From Ascidiella aspersa (Eukaryota), in NCBI GenBank assembly GCA_963924565.1, contig OZ004615.1, forward strand, positions 992,001 to 1,056,000: 64,000 bases of DNA, written 5' to 3'. The notes under the pieces were generated by a model that made no database searches, had not been told where the DNA came from, and worked only from the letters and a program-made list of their open reading frames with translations. Both the position numbers and the translations under genes were made by a program. Positions 1 through 12,952 of the stretch are shown in pieces. Each line of letters opens with the position of its first letter. The first letter of the stretch is position 1.

Positions 1-504
1 AATTGTTTTTTTCTAAATAATATGGACTACCATTATAACCATGGGTCAGATCAGTGCTCGAAAGCATGATATTAGCGCAGGGTGCGAAATACCAGGGTTT
101 ATTAACCGGTAACTTGTTAGATCTGAACCTAGAATCTTAAACTACAATAAAAGTGCAAAGTGTATGATTTTTCTAATGTTTTGACATTACCATGAACAGT
201 ATAAATACATACAAGTAAATTAGTAGGGTCTGTCACTTTAATGTTACATGCAGTTGTAAAACTGAGCCTAATCGGTTTGCAGCACCGTCAGTGAGGTTTC
301 ATATTTTCCGCTTATAAGGTGGTTTGCAGAATCTTAAAGTCAGTGATAAACGTGAACGTGTCATGCGTTCAACAGCAACCAACCGCAAGTAATTTCCGCC
401 CACAAACAATAGTAAGACATTTTTGCTGAGTGGAAAATCTCCAAATAAAGCCCAACTCTAGATCACATGCTTCATAATCAAGCGGCTTACTTGCAAAACG
501 AAAC

Positions 505-595
505 CACTTTCCATTGGCTGTCGTGGTCACGTGGTTTCGGTTTCGGTTGGGATAATTTGCGGTGACGTCATATCCCGGTAGACCACGTGGTTAGA
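505..595. promoter_or_regulatory. Promoter-like motif cluster
   Basis: ATTGG (CCAAT), two CACGTG E-boxes and TGACGTCA (CRE) within 90 bp; CpG-rich. Confidence 0.6.
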
Positions 596-2021
596 TTAGA
601 TTAGAGTCCACAGGGGCTGGTGTGTACTTTTGTGCGTGGGAACCTTGAGTGGGAATCAAGTGGAAAAGTTGCGAGGAATTGTTAAACAGCCACGACTGAA
701 GTAATTTGTTGCCATGTTAGGTTTATAAGTTTTATTGAAATAAAAGTGGTGAAACGTTGTAATAATATCAACGCCCATACGAAAGTAGTAACATTTTGAA
801 CCTTTTGAAACTCTTTATTCGTTTTCAAGATCAATGAATAAACCGATATTTGAAACGTTCACAAAATGCTTTCTACCTCTGTATGGGTTTAATATTTTTA
901 CTACGGCTCATTACAACCTTCAACCACTATGCTCCAAAAATGGTGAAGATTCTTATTCATTAAATCTTTGTCAGGTCAAATCCTTTCGGTAACCTTTTTC
1001 CAGGGGCACCTGTTTATTCAATTCATTGCGTAGTAAATTAAGTCGAAATCGTGGAAATAACTCTTATATGTAAACTGTCAGTGTTTCTCATTCTGTGGCA
1101 GGCCTACATGTAGCAAAAATATCTAATATTACTTCGGCTGCGTTATACTTGTTCTGTCTTTGCCAGATTAATTGATCCAACTAAAATAGGCTATCTTTGT
1201 CGGGAATGAGGTTTTTCAGTTGAATGTTTAGCTTTAAAAGTAAATTGAGCAATGTTTTATCTTTAAACCGTAAGGTATGGCTATTCCAGATACTTTCTGC
1301 CAAAATATCGAATATTGATATGATATATATCGAATGTCGCACATTTCTCATTCTAAGTCAGTGTAACGTAAAAAGAATATCAAAGCGCATACAGAAGTAG
1401 GTTGCATTATGGGCTTAGAATTTTGTATTACGTCTTACTTCAACCTCCAGCCATTATGATTATAACTCTGAACAGTTTAAAAGTCGATTGCTGATTTTGG
1501 TATAAGGGCTCTTGAGCACCACCGCGCGGAAATTTATATTTAACCGATTTGCCAACTTTTGCCAGTCCAAAAATATTTCATCCGCTTCTGGGAGACATAT
1601 TCGGCGACTGTTTTAAATTCTACAAAAATATATTTTAACTGCTTGTGTTTAAAATATTAAAACAGTTGGTAAAAAATATTTAAAAAAAAATTATAAAAAA
1701 ATACAAAAGAAAAAGTAAAAAAGATGATAATACTCACTTAACTGTGAAATACCCGCAATTATTTCTAGTATATATTAAACATTTCAGTTTAAACGGTGAC
1801 ACCTGTCTGTGTTTTAAAGCAAATAGGTTAGGAAATTAAAGTAGGTTACAAACTCGCTGAAAATGTTGAGTCATCTGACGTGCCTGTGGAATGTGATGTG
1901 GATGCTGAGTCATATGACGTATTTCTATAGTCATTATATTCCTGTTTTTCAAACGGACGTGATTTGCTAAAAATGAGGAAGTTTGTTTCCGTTTTGATTC
2001 GACGTACGGAATTTATTTTCG

Positions 2022-2510
2022 CCATTCATTTAAATTTTAATTCCAAATTGAAATAATCTAAACTTAACTCACGATTTTTTATCGGGAAGTATGATTCTGT
2101 GATGACGTATTTCACTCTATGTGCAAAATTATAGAAACTGTTCGAAAAATTGATTGTGAATAATGAATATCAAAGATTCACATTTATTCAACCCTCGCTA
2201 TAAATATTAATGCTTCTAACTTTTAAGCTATATGTGAATTAGCATCATCCAGATATCAAAGCACTTAGTTTTATTTAGTTTGGCCATTCATTTAAATTTT
2301 AATTCCAAATTGAAATAATCTAAACTTAACTCACTATGTTTTACAGCGAAGTATGATTCTGCGATGACGTATTTTACTCTATGTACAAAATTATAGAAAC
2401 TGTTCGAAAAATTGATTGTGAATATTAAAGATTAACATTTATTCAACCCTCGCCATAAATATTTATGCTTCTGAATTAGCATCATCCAGATATCAAAGCA
2501 CTTAGTTTTA
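2022..2510. repeat. Tandem duplication, ~261-bp unit x2
   Basis: GCCATTCATTTAAATTTTAATTCC at 2022 and 2283, colinear throughout. Confidence 0.9.
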
Positions 2511-5080
2511 CTTATATTTGATGTTTAAAAGCCAATTAGGGTTCTATGTTGACTCCTTAAATGAATCGAATAATTTCAATTTAGTCAGTAAAAACATATT
2601 TTGCCGGTTTTCAAAGCCCCTAAAACTGCTGGTAATCCACGAATCGTTTTTAAATAACTCTAACAATTCAAAAAATTACCCCTCCAAAGTCTACACTATC
2701 GGTTCAAATGTGAAAAATTAATGGTAACCCTTATCTTTTGAAAAATATATACATAGGAAAATGAATAATTCGACACTATTACTAAAACAAAATTTAAATA
2801 AAAAAGGTTTTTGTTAGTTCTAAATTTTAAACCTTTTAAACGCGATCTGCATATAATTAACATAAAAAACCGCCTCACGTTCATTTGCCACACATTCGAA
2901 CTGGCCGCCTGTGCTTTTCTACCTTTTGTAAGATTCCTAATACGCCACATCACACACGCACTTCAGGCAAAGTCTCCAATAACTTTGTTGAGTTATTCGT
3001 ATTGATTTGAAATATGGGAACAATTAACCCATTAAAAATATTTCATAAAAAATCTCTGGTATACGATTAAGATGGTGCTGATTTTTCTTTTTAAATTTCA
3101 ACCAAAAATCACAACCAAATAAAAATCAAATCGCAAACTTTGTCCTCCTACCTTTTCTAAGCTTTCTAGGGCATTGCATCAGACACTATGACGTCACAAC
3201 TTGTCCTCAATCTTGGATCGTGATTCCAAAAAGCTACATTTCCTACGTTTGTGCGTCATAATTAAAACGAACGTTAACTTTTGACCTCAAATCAGGAATC
3301 TTGAGCCAAGTCACGGTTATCGATGATTCTGCTCTTTTTCACATGTTTGTTTCAGTGTTGTAATAATTTAATTTAACTTAATGCACTGTTTTCAAATGAC
3401 TTCACTTGATTTAATCTTTCGGGAAAATGACTTTGGCTGAAATTAAGGGTTTACATTCACATTTTTTCGTAAAATTGGGTTATTTAACGTAATTTTTGCA
3501 CATAAACCTTTTTCTTGCTATATATTGCGTTTTTGGTATTTTTTAGTTAAGGTATTGCTCATAATCGGAGGAGTTTAACCTATTTGAAAATCTTAACGCC
3601 ACTTTCCTATATAAAGCAAAAAGTTAATGCTCGTTTAATGTTTGTATATATTTTTACAGTGTTGTATAAAAACAAAATATAGAGAACACGAAGAAATATT
3701 TTGATAAGAAAAGAAAATCACATGTGTGTGTAACATTTGTACGTTAAGATACAACGCTTTACGGGGTTTAAGATAATATGAAACATTATATCTTTGGACA
3801 GCGAACAACTCACAATGAAAAAACAAGTTACAGTTAAATAAAAATTCAGTAAAAATAAAGCAGAATCAGCTGGCAGATAAACAAATGTTGTTTTTGCAAT
3901 ATTTTTTTTAAATTTAATGCTTTAGTTTTTTGTTGGTACATTTAGGTGAAAATGACAAAAACCCGATATGTATTGTCAAATTTGGAAAAAAAAATTAGTC
4001 ATTGGAACTTAATCTAAATGAAAGTCGTAATATAGTGGAATAAGGGGTAAGCGAGTTTAACCAGTAGTTTTAATAAACAGTACATTTAAAAAAAAAAAAT
4101 TGACACAATTAGGCGGTAAAGTTGTTTTAGATCGGCGAAATCACGAAGAACACTAAATAAACATAAATAAACACGAATTACTTGTTGCACTGACAAGCAG
4201 TAATAAAGCAAAAATCTAATAACACTAGTTGGTGTAAAGAATTACAAAATTTAAACCAATGGCTTTTTTTCCAAACAGAAAAATTGTTTTACAATAAACT
4301 GGTATAACTAGAATAAAAATGAATTGCCAAATTTGTCTCAAGTTCTGTTCATGTTAAGATTGTTGGGGATGAAAAACCATTGGGTTAAGTTGTGAAGCAA
4401 TAAATGGCAGCCTCGGTAAAGCTTTAAACGTTTTGAAACTTTTAATCAATAGTTACATAGGAAGTTATTTGATGAAGGTGAACTTCAAAGTTTAAAAATC
4501 ATAATGAAACACTGGGGCAGGTGTTTAAATATAGCAGTGATTCTCAAACTGTGTACCTCTGTACAATGGTGCGCTTAAGGAGTAACTTTTTTGTTATTTT
4601 GTAAAATAACCTATTTTTATTGCGAATAGGAACGGCAAGCATACGAGTTTGCGAGACTTGAATGCACAATATCGATTGAAAAAACTGATAATGTCGAGGC
4701 ATTTACCTGTTACCTTGTCTTTATTAAAGTGTATTAACAACTTATAAAATTGTATTGCAAAAAGTGTGGCGCATGTTTGTTGAATATATCGCTGTGCCTC
4801 GGGCTAAACACAATAAAAAACACTTTTTAATTAAACCAACTAAACATCAGAAAACTGATCATATCAAGGCATTTCCTGTGATGTATTAGAAGCAATTGCC
4901 AAGTCGTAAAGTCATTGTTTCGTAAATAAGTGTGTCGCGTATATTTTTTAAAAATATGTCTTGGTCTAAACAAAATTAGAAACACTGGTTTTAATTGAAT
5001 TTCATATTTAAACATCATCAGTTCCTTAATTCGAATGTATTTATGAGCAAATAAAGCGTTTAGCGTTTGGAACAATGGGA

Positions 5081-5548
5081 TTACGAATCCTCCACAACCC
5101 AAAGATCTGAAGTGTTCTCATCATGATCCGAGAGGACAACTTTGGTCCCATCCACGCTCACAGATCTCTCGGGAACATCATCATTATAGAAGACAGAAGG
5201 AACCAAGAAACCTCCGTCCCTTTGATGGGAGTAAACGTGGAAGAAGATCCTCGGGTCATCCGCGTCCTCATCAACATCCACCGACTCCGGATCTGGAAGG
5301 GAGGACTTGATGAGGCGCAATCTCCCTCCCTCTGTTCCGTGAACAAAGAGACGCCCGCGCTCCGCGTCCTTGGCAAAAATGAATGCGGGGATTCCCCTCT
5401 TGATCGAGCTAAGGCGCCAGTATTTCCAAGGGGATTCCCCGGTGACCAAGCGCAGCTTTGACTCTCCCCCCCAACCGTCGGAACCGTTCCCGTGGAGAAG
5501 GATGTTGCATTCGGCCTCACTGGACACCCCCGACTCGCACGAGCTCGC
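5081..5548 (-). CDS. Last coding exon of an IL-1/beta-trefoil-like protein gene
   Basis: Acceptor ttatatttccAG|GCG (AG at 5550-5549) is phase 0 and in frame with ORF 5081..5527. Reads ASSCESGVSSEAECNILL...DPRIFFHVYS...DLWVVEDS* (155 aa). The exon is clearly GC-richer than its flanks. Family assignment is by motif resemblance only. Confidence 0.75.
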   Translation of the reverse strand, partial: ASSCESGVSSEAECNILLHGNGSDGWGGESKLRLVTGESPWKYWRLSSIKRGIPAFIFAKDAERGRLFVHGTEGGRLRLIKSSLPDPESVDVDEDADDPRIFFHVYSHQRDGGFLVPSVFYNDDVPERSVSVDGTKVVLSDHDENTSDLWVVEDS

Positions 5549-5662
5549 CTGGAAATATAAGTTGTTTAAAGTTTGTCATTTAAAGTTATGGTACACCAAG
5601 AGCTATCGCAGACTCAACGAATTTGCAAGACAATGGTGCAAAGACAGGGTAGAAAAACAATT

Positions 5663-5737
5663 AGCTTGTAGTGAGGTTCGAACTCACGACCTCGGTCATA
5701 CCGGGACCGTCGATCTACAAACCGAGCTACACAGGCT
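5663..5737 (-). pseudogene. tRNA-like element (Thr-like GGT loop) or tRNA-derived SINE head inside the intron
   Basis: Minus strand AGCCTGTGTAGCTCGGTTTGTAGA...CGGTC-CCGGTAT-GACCG...GAGTTCGAACCTCACTACAAGCT has an A box, a B box, a cloverleaf and a T5 downstream. C33 and acceptor mismatches are non-canonical. Confidence 0.6.
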
Positions 5738-6171
5738 CAGAGGGGAGCAAGTCGAGAAACAACCATACGCCAATGCTTACTAGAAACGTAAGCCGTAATG
5801 GTTGGTCAAAAAGCAGCTTCAGAAAGGCTAAATCTCAGTTGTTGACACACATATGTGTGTGCATCTTTCATTGAATTGAAGTTAATTGCTATGAATTGTC
5901 AGACACAACAAAAATATTATGTTGTTGTTGTCGTTGTTCCTACCATTTGCATGACTGTAGTGTATACACTAGTGTTGGAAACAAGTTTTAATTGGATTTT
6001 AAATATTTACTCATTATTTACTAAACAGTCAATTTTCATCTACATTAATCGCCTATTGAAAATTTCTTATCTACAAAATTAAAAAGTGAAGCTGTTTTTT
6101 TTTCGTATTGTCAACCGATGAGACCTACATCCACATCCACACTTAAAATATCGGGTATCTGTCATGGTTAC

Positions 6172-6444
6172 CTGGCAACATGGGACGGTCTCCTCAACCG
6201 CGCAGCTGAAGGTCGATCCCTGGGACATATCTTCCTCCAGAAAGGAACAAAATGCATCCTTGGCTCCATGATCCCGATCCCTGAATCCTCCATAATCTCC
6301 ATCTTTTTCATTTGATGAGGATGAAGATTGAATGCTCATCGCCAAAGAGCAACTGCATAAGGAAATCTGCCTCCTTACGTTGTTATCTTCCTTACTCAAG
6401 GATTCCTGCATCTTTGGAAGATCAGGACTTTTGGAGTCGTTCAT
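6172..6444 (-). CDS. Upstream coding exon of the same gene (acidic/Ser-rich pro-domain-like region)
   Basis: ATG at 6444 (MNDSKS...). Donor CAG|GTAACC at 6172/6171 is phase 0 and joins in frame to 5548. The frame stays open up to a possible acceptor tttatcAG| at 6583, so the exon may start at 6582 with further upstream exons. Confidence 0.7.
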
Positions 6445-9004
6445 TCTTCTTTCAAATGGGGAGGGGTTTGGGGCTGATCTTGTCACTAGCGTCTCACAAA
6501 CGACGCGCGCTGCAAACAATGGTCGATTGTTTAAATCACCATAGAACAATGGCTGTATTCTTTTATTGATTTCTACTTTGACCTGATAAACACGGTTGTG
6601 CCAAAGTTTGTCAAGATTTCAATATTTTTTTCTTTCTATAGTTTCACCTGACTACGCTATTTAGAATTAGACAAATACGGTCATTTACAAAGATTCCTTT
6701 TTTATGAAGGTTACTTTAGGACACAAAAACGAATCTTTAAATAGAGCTTCAAAGGATAAAATTGACCCTATTTTCTCAAGCAAAATGTCTAATAAACATT
6801 TTATATCGAAATTAAAGTTCGTCATTTTATTAAATATAAAGAGATTTACATTTCGCCAAAATGGCATAAAGATCTGCCAAATATAAATTTACTTTATTAT
6901 CTCGAGCAAGTTGCCTATTAAACAATATTATAGTCAGTTTTACGAATTTCTGATAATATCTGATCGGAGCCGATATCAAGTGGTAGTATCGGTATTTGTC
7001 CGATATTTAGGTGATATCGGTGCCAATCCTTAACCACTTAATTTATCGGCTTTTTAGCTATGGTGTGCAATTTGAATATGTTTTTTTTATTACAAAGTTT
7101 GTGCCATTAGCAGGATTATTGCATTTGGCTATAATATAAGTGCGATTGTAGCTTTGATGTCCTTCATTGCTTTGCCTGTGATTTGGTGTTGACAGCTACA
7201 TTACAGCTTTGTTTCAAAGGGCTGCATAATATGTTACTATGATTAAGTGAATTAAGTAATTACAACGAACGCGTTTTAAGGTATGTGTTGCATTTCTATT
7301 CGAGTCTCAAAGAAGACTTTACCACTTTAAAAACGTGGGTACTATCATTTCAACGGCAACCGGGTTTTTATTGCTACTCATCCCCTCTGCAAATGTTAGT
7401 CACATCCTTAGCAAATAATGCGTTGTTTAGCTCTAGCGTCCAAATTATTCAGCTCAGGAAATTGTTTACTACGATGTAATTGATTCCGGTACTTTAGCGC
7501 TAATACAGTTACATGATACTACAGCACAAAGTGTGGGAATCGATCCACAAATGGGGCGTCTATTTGGAAACAACGCTAGTAAGGTTTAAATGAGTTTAGG
7601 CGCCGGTATAACGCTACTAGTTGTTGACATTACACAGTGTTAAATAGAAGAATACTGTTATCACATCGGGCAATTAAAACTGCTTGAAAACATCCAAGCC
7701 ATGTTAACTTTTATGGTCGAATCGCCTACACTTAAAATTCCTAAGTTTGGTATTCCTATAGGGTTTCATTAAAATTAAAAGGTTGTACGAGAGAATGTAT
7801 AGGTTTGCGTGGTAATTTTTTCTATGTTTGTAACGCTTTTGTCCAACAGAGGCTTAAGAAAAGTGCCGAAACATACATGGAGAATATTTACTTTAACCGT
7901 TTGATTTATTCATTTTAATCTAAAACCTTGTGTTTTTCGAACAAAATTGTTGAAAAAATTCTGGCCAACATTGTATATAAAATTAGATATGTACATAGAA
8001 ATTAAAATACTTTGGTACACTATGCACAAGTTCGTATCGAAACGTCTTAATCACGATTATGTTAATCTACTCGACCTTTTTTGAGTTTGAAATTAAAATG
8101 GCCCTGGCAGTTATTTTTTATGTGTTTTGACGTGGTCGCTTCTTTCAGAGTCAACAATCGACTATACATGGGCTTTTTGTAATTTTGAATGGGGTAATTT
8201 GACGACTAAAGGCTAAAACTTTCCCAAATGCAAAGCGTGCAGTGAGGCAGTGTTTGGCAGGCTAGCAGCATTACACAGAACATTACGTTTTTAACTCATG
8301 CTTTAAAGCCTTTCAGTAATTAACCACACAAAAATAACTTCAACAAAAAACGGATGAATATCATTTAACTTTAATTCCTGATTCTTGAACCCCGGAAATT
8401 AAATTTGTTCTAGGCGGCTTATTTTGCTTTTGTTGTAAATTTTATTTAATAAAAATTGCTACATTCTAAACCTTGTTTTTTATTTGAACTTGAACTTGAC
8501 TGATAGCATAAAAATTCTATTAGGCCCAAAACCACATTTCGACAGGCTTCTGGGATCTCTCAAAGTTATACACAAAGTTATGCCCAAACCATAACACGAC
8601 TAATCTATGCAACTGTTTTCAATCATACCTAAAACCACAGTTCTACAGGTCTCTGGATTATCCTAAGGTTATACACAATGTTAGACAACACAAAGCATAA
8701 CACGTTCACACAACTGCTAAAAATATCATTATCCCTGAGAAACTGAAATATGCCGTTGCACAAAGTAGCATTTAAATTAGAACTACAGTTACAACACATA
8801 GGCAATTGGCAAACTAGATTACAATTAGATCACGGGAAGAAACTCGCAAACCAGATTAGAAATCCAAACAACTACATGTTACTTGAACTAATAAATCTAC
8901 ATCTTAACCTGTTGTACGATCAACAAGAGTTATTTAGTTGTTCAATTCTGTCAACATTTACATGCAAACTGCTGCAATAGCAAGCGTTCTGTTGCTAAAC
9001 CAGT

Positions 9005-9190
9005 GAAACAAGGCCGATAGAATCAGTTAAAAACTCCCTGGAGAGAAGTTAAACTCCCGCGTGACATCAAGGCTACACAAAACGGATGAAACTCAATTAG
9101 ACTTAAAAGCTCGGAAAAAAAAACGCTTTCTGAGGGAATTTTTGGATAATGAATTGCGAGAGGTTTAATGCTATCGGCTCGATTTCAATA
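9005..9190 (+). ncRNA. Putative structured RNA unit
   Basis: GGCCGATAG 9012-9020 / CTATCGGCT 9171-9179 enclosing TTAAAC/GTTTAA and CTCGGAAA/TTTCTGAG. Confidence 0.45.
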
Positions 9191-9854
9191 TTTTCCCATT
9201 AAGCTGTCAAACTGTGAATTATTTATCGCTAAAACTTTCTTGTTTGATTGAAAACCTGATCTGGCACATAATAGATGAATTAAGTGTGACAGTTTTACCA
9301 CAAGCAGAATTGCGTATGCATTTTTGCTTACAAACGCAACCCTGCACAATTTTAGGGATTTGGCTAACAAGGTTTAAATGATAAGCAGACAAACGAAATC
9401 TAAAACCTAAAAAAATTAAACAAAATGACACTCAATAATGGACGTTCGCTAAATACGAAATTTGCGTCGTCTTAAATTTTGAGGTTCTCAAAATGTTTGC
9501 CTTAAAAGTATGTCGCGAAAACTTTTGTTACTTTAAACCACCACCTATTTGTACACGCATTGTAATAAAAGTGATCAAATTGACTGAATTGGTTTGACTG
9601 TTAAGCGAATAAACCTATTTGGCAAACCGTATTTTTAAATACGTAGGATAAATATTGAAGCCCATAAAGAAGTATTTTCGATAAAAAAAGACTTATTCTA
9701 AACGTTCAATATGCCACCTACTTCTGTATGGACTTTGATGTTCATTATATCTAGGTCCAACTACAACCTCCACCATTGTCTTGAAATTCAATCAAAACGC
9801 TCAAAATTCTGCCTATATTTGCCTGGGCTTTGAATTTCTTGTCTCGAGAGATTT

Positions 9855-10130
9855 TGTATCGCGAAATGTGGTAACAACCATTTCGTACACCAGTTCAACA
9901 TTGCCTTAAATGGGTAAATTAAAATTATGAAGCCGCTTTATTTTACATTGATTGAGAAGCACTATAATATCAACTCACAGGTTTCAAGGACCTTTCTTAC
10001 CGAGATGGCTGTTTAAAATTAACGACGGCCAGTCTCTAACCGAGGCAATAAATTTACAGCCATAGCAGGTTTATAACATCATGAAAAATACAACACTTGC
10101 CTTGTTTAGAAGTTGAGCAACTGGCAATAA
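9855..10130 (+). ncRNA. Putative structured RNA unit
   Basis: CCAGTT 9890 / AACTGG 10119; ATTGCCT 9900 / AGGCAAT 10043; inner TGGCTGT/ACGGCCA. Confidence 0.45.
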
Positions 10131-10839
10131 ACTGTCTGGCGTGAGAATACTCATAAATAACCAGCGTAACTAAATAAGTATCCTACAGGGTCCTATGTGT
10201 CAACATATACAAAGAATAATATTACAGCAGCAAGGCTTAAACCATTTAAAACACCTACTTTCGGTACAGGTTTCACTAATTCTGCAATGCATTGCGCTTG
10301 CCAAAACAGCCAGTTCCATGCGCACGTTTTCCAAAGAAAAAACGTTTTCCGGAGAAATTTGGACAATTCTAATTTAGTTGTGGTGCCAAAGTTTGTAATG
10401 TAAGTCTGTGGTTCAATGTTTTGCGAGTAAATGTTGCACGCTCTTTAATTTCGTGATTTTTACGTTGCTATTTTATTTTGTTTTGAGGTGTGTGTGGCAC
10501 TTATATGAATGAATTTGCTACTTTAAACGGCCTGTTTAAAGAAGGAGCGTTCCGGCTCAAGACATTCGCAATAAATTTTCTCCGCAAACGAGTAAAGTAT
10601 GCATATTTCAATTATGTGATTGAAACATGAATTGCAAGCCGATTCCTTAATAAAAAAAAATAAATTTTTTAAATGGCCTATATTAAATATTTATCGCAAC
10701 TTAAATTATAAAACGTCTATTTTCTAAAACTACTAAAGTGAACTTTCAAAAAATAAAAAAATTGAAACAAAAATAACTTTTTTACACTGTTTTACATAGC
10801 GCTTTCAATTACCAAGACCCAAATTAAGCATTAAATCAC

Positions 10840-11080
10840 AAGTTGTAAGACCACGTTACGTCTAGATAACGCGTTATATCCGTCGCTTTGACAAGACGGA
10901 ATACCAATAGGAAGAAACTTATAAAACTTCCGTTTCGATTTTACGAAACCTTACAATGTGAGCTTCAGGAAACTTTTCCATGAACTTGTTATGGGCATTT
11001 CAACCACTCTGTATTTGATGGGTTTCCTAATTTTTTTGGTTTTCAATCATTTGAATTTGTTGAAATGACCTGAGTTTTTA
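10840..11080 (+). ncRNA. Putative structured RNA unit
   Basis: TTGTAAG 10843 / CTTACAA 10950 enclosing several hairpins (TCCGTC/GACGGA, GGAAG/CTTCC, GTTTCG/CGAAAC); CATTTCAAC/GTTGAAATG follows. Confidence 0.5.
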
Positions 11081-11799
11081 GTGGGGAATTTTTCATGCAA
11101 TTCCCTACTGATTTGGTCAAATGTACATAGGATCGTACACAAGCCACGAAGTTTTAATTAATATTTCTAGTTTATAAAACTACATTATATCGTTTCTCGT
11201 TGTGAACAGCGCGAAATTTAAAATGATTTACAAAATTTTGGTTATTATTTTCCCAGCAGATTTGCCTCACGCAACATTATACTTGCCCCAGCAAACTAAA
11301 AACATAAACGCGTTATTAAAAAAAGTCTTCATTCTAAACTTAAGATAAAGATGGTATCACAAGCTTAAGACGTTCGGCAAATTATAGCAAAACCTAATAT
11401 TTGCCCAGCAAAACAAAGCATTCAGGAAAACATGCGTTTAACCTCCCACCTTAAAGCCGTAAGCCACAAACGTCGTTAAATTGTCACGAAACCATGCAAT
11501 TTCGTTCATAAAACAAAACATAAACGTGTTATCAAAAATCAGCGTTTAAATCTTCAGCATTACCAGCTTATACCGTCCGTTTCATTTACACAAAACCTTA
11601 TTTGTCCAGCAAAACAATAAAAAGCCTTCATTTAAACCTACCTTGGGGTATCAGTGCAGATCCAGCATCTATTCTTCTTACCGTCTCAGTCATCTTTTTT
11701 TTCTTTGTATATTTTTTTACTGTATATGATTTCAAGTGTTGTTAGTTGTTTTACCAGACGATAACTAGCGTCTTGCTCGCTTCACTTTTGATCAATGAC

Positions 11800-11910
11800 A
11801 GCTGGCTTTGCGCCCGCCACTATTTAACGCGCTTGTGACGTCATATACGTGATTGTGCGCTGGGCGCGAGAACGACTCGCGCGTCCTGTTGTTACGTCAC
11901 AGTCCATAAC
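11800..11910. promoter_or_regulatory. CpG-rich promoter-like patch
   Basis: GTGACGTCA and TTGTTACGTCAC with dense CGCG. Confidence 0.6.
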
Positions 11911-12739
11911 GGAAAGTTGTGTCAAAATTGGGATTTGAAACACGCAAAACGAAAGTTGCTGGCGATTTTGAGTTGGAATAAATTATATTTTTTGGGGGAA
12001 TTACCCTTTCGGGAGTAAGAAAGTGATTTGTTATTAAAATATACGTCATAATAATATACGTCATAATGTGCGGTAATATCGGACCGACGCCAAGTACTCA
12101 TCTAGTCATAGGGTTGTTTCGATTCCGATCCGAAACTATTTAATTCTGCATTTCAGTCGTACTTTACGATCTTGCGCTGCGTTTTCTATCTTTCATCTAC
12201 GCAAATAGTTAATTACCAGTTGAAAGTAACTCGGCGTTTTAACGCTTAAACAAATTTTGACTTAACAGCGTGAAAACAATAGGTTTGCATTTTCAACTGC
12301 ATCTCTGTTTAGTTATGTTGTCCTAGTAATGACGTCATTTTGCATTGGGCCGGACGAACTCTTTGCCCAAAATATCGGGTTTCAAGAAAATACGAATTCT
12401 TGGACATTCCTTGGCAAATTATTGAACAATCTGTAAGCTGTTATATCTAAGGCGTTTGTAAGGTTATTTGCATTAAACAATACATTTACATTACGCTTAT
12501 TTAAATATCTAATTAGGAACTTAATCCCACAAAGTTTTAACCTTTTTGTCGATGGCCATAAGTAGAGACATGGACTTAGGAATTGCATGTTTGTGATAAA
12601 CTAGCAGAAAATGCAAAGGACATTAACCTTATTTAAAGCGGATGCATTTATCGAAGTGTATTTGTGCAAAACGATTCTTATTTGTGTTATTTCTGTAGTT
12701 GGGAAATTTGCTTCTATTTTTGTGTTAGTTGAATTCCCT

Positions 12740-12952
12740 TGTTACCCAGTCGGAAAATTATCCATGTGCCATGCCTGTTTTATCCCCTCGCCTTGCAAGG
12801 GCCAACTACATATGTTCAGTGATAAATCGGTTATGTAAGCACGGAAATTCAACACCGGCAGGTACATGGCCCAGTTATGGCCATAAGGTATAAATATGGT
12901 TGGGCATCCTGTCAAATTACGACTATAAATCTGCAAAACACCATGGGTAAAT
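12740..12952 (+). ncRNA. Putative structured RNA unit
   Basis: TTACCCA 12742 / TGGGTAA 12944 enclosing CCATGTGCC 12762 / GGTACATGG 12861 and GCCCAG/TTGGGC. Confidence 0.5.

Noticed and set aside
5123-5783. Plus-strand and alternative-frame ORFs over the cytokine-like exon
   Set aside because: Shadow ORFs; only the minus frame 5081..5548 has matching splice signals.
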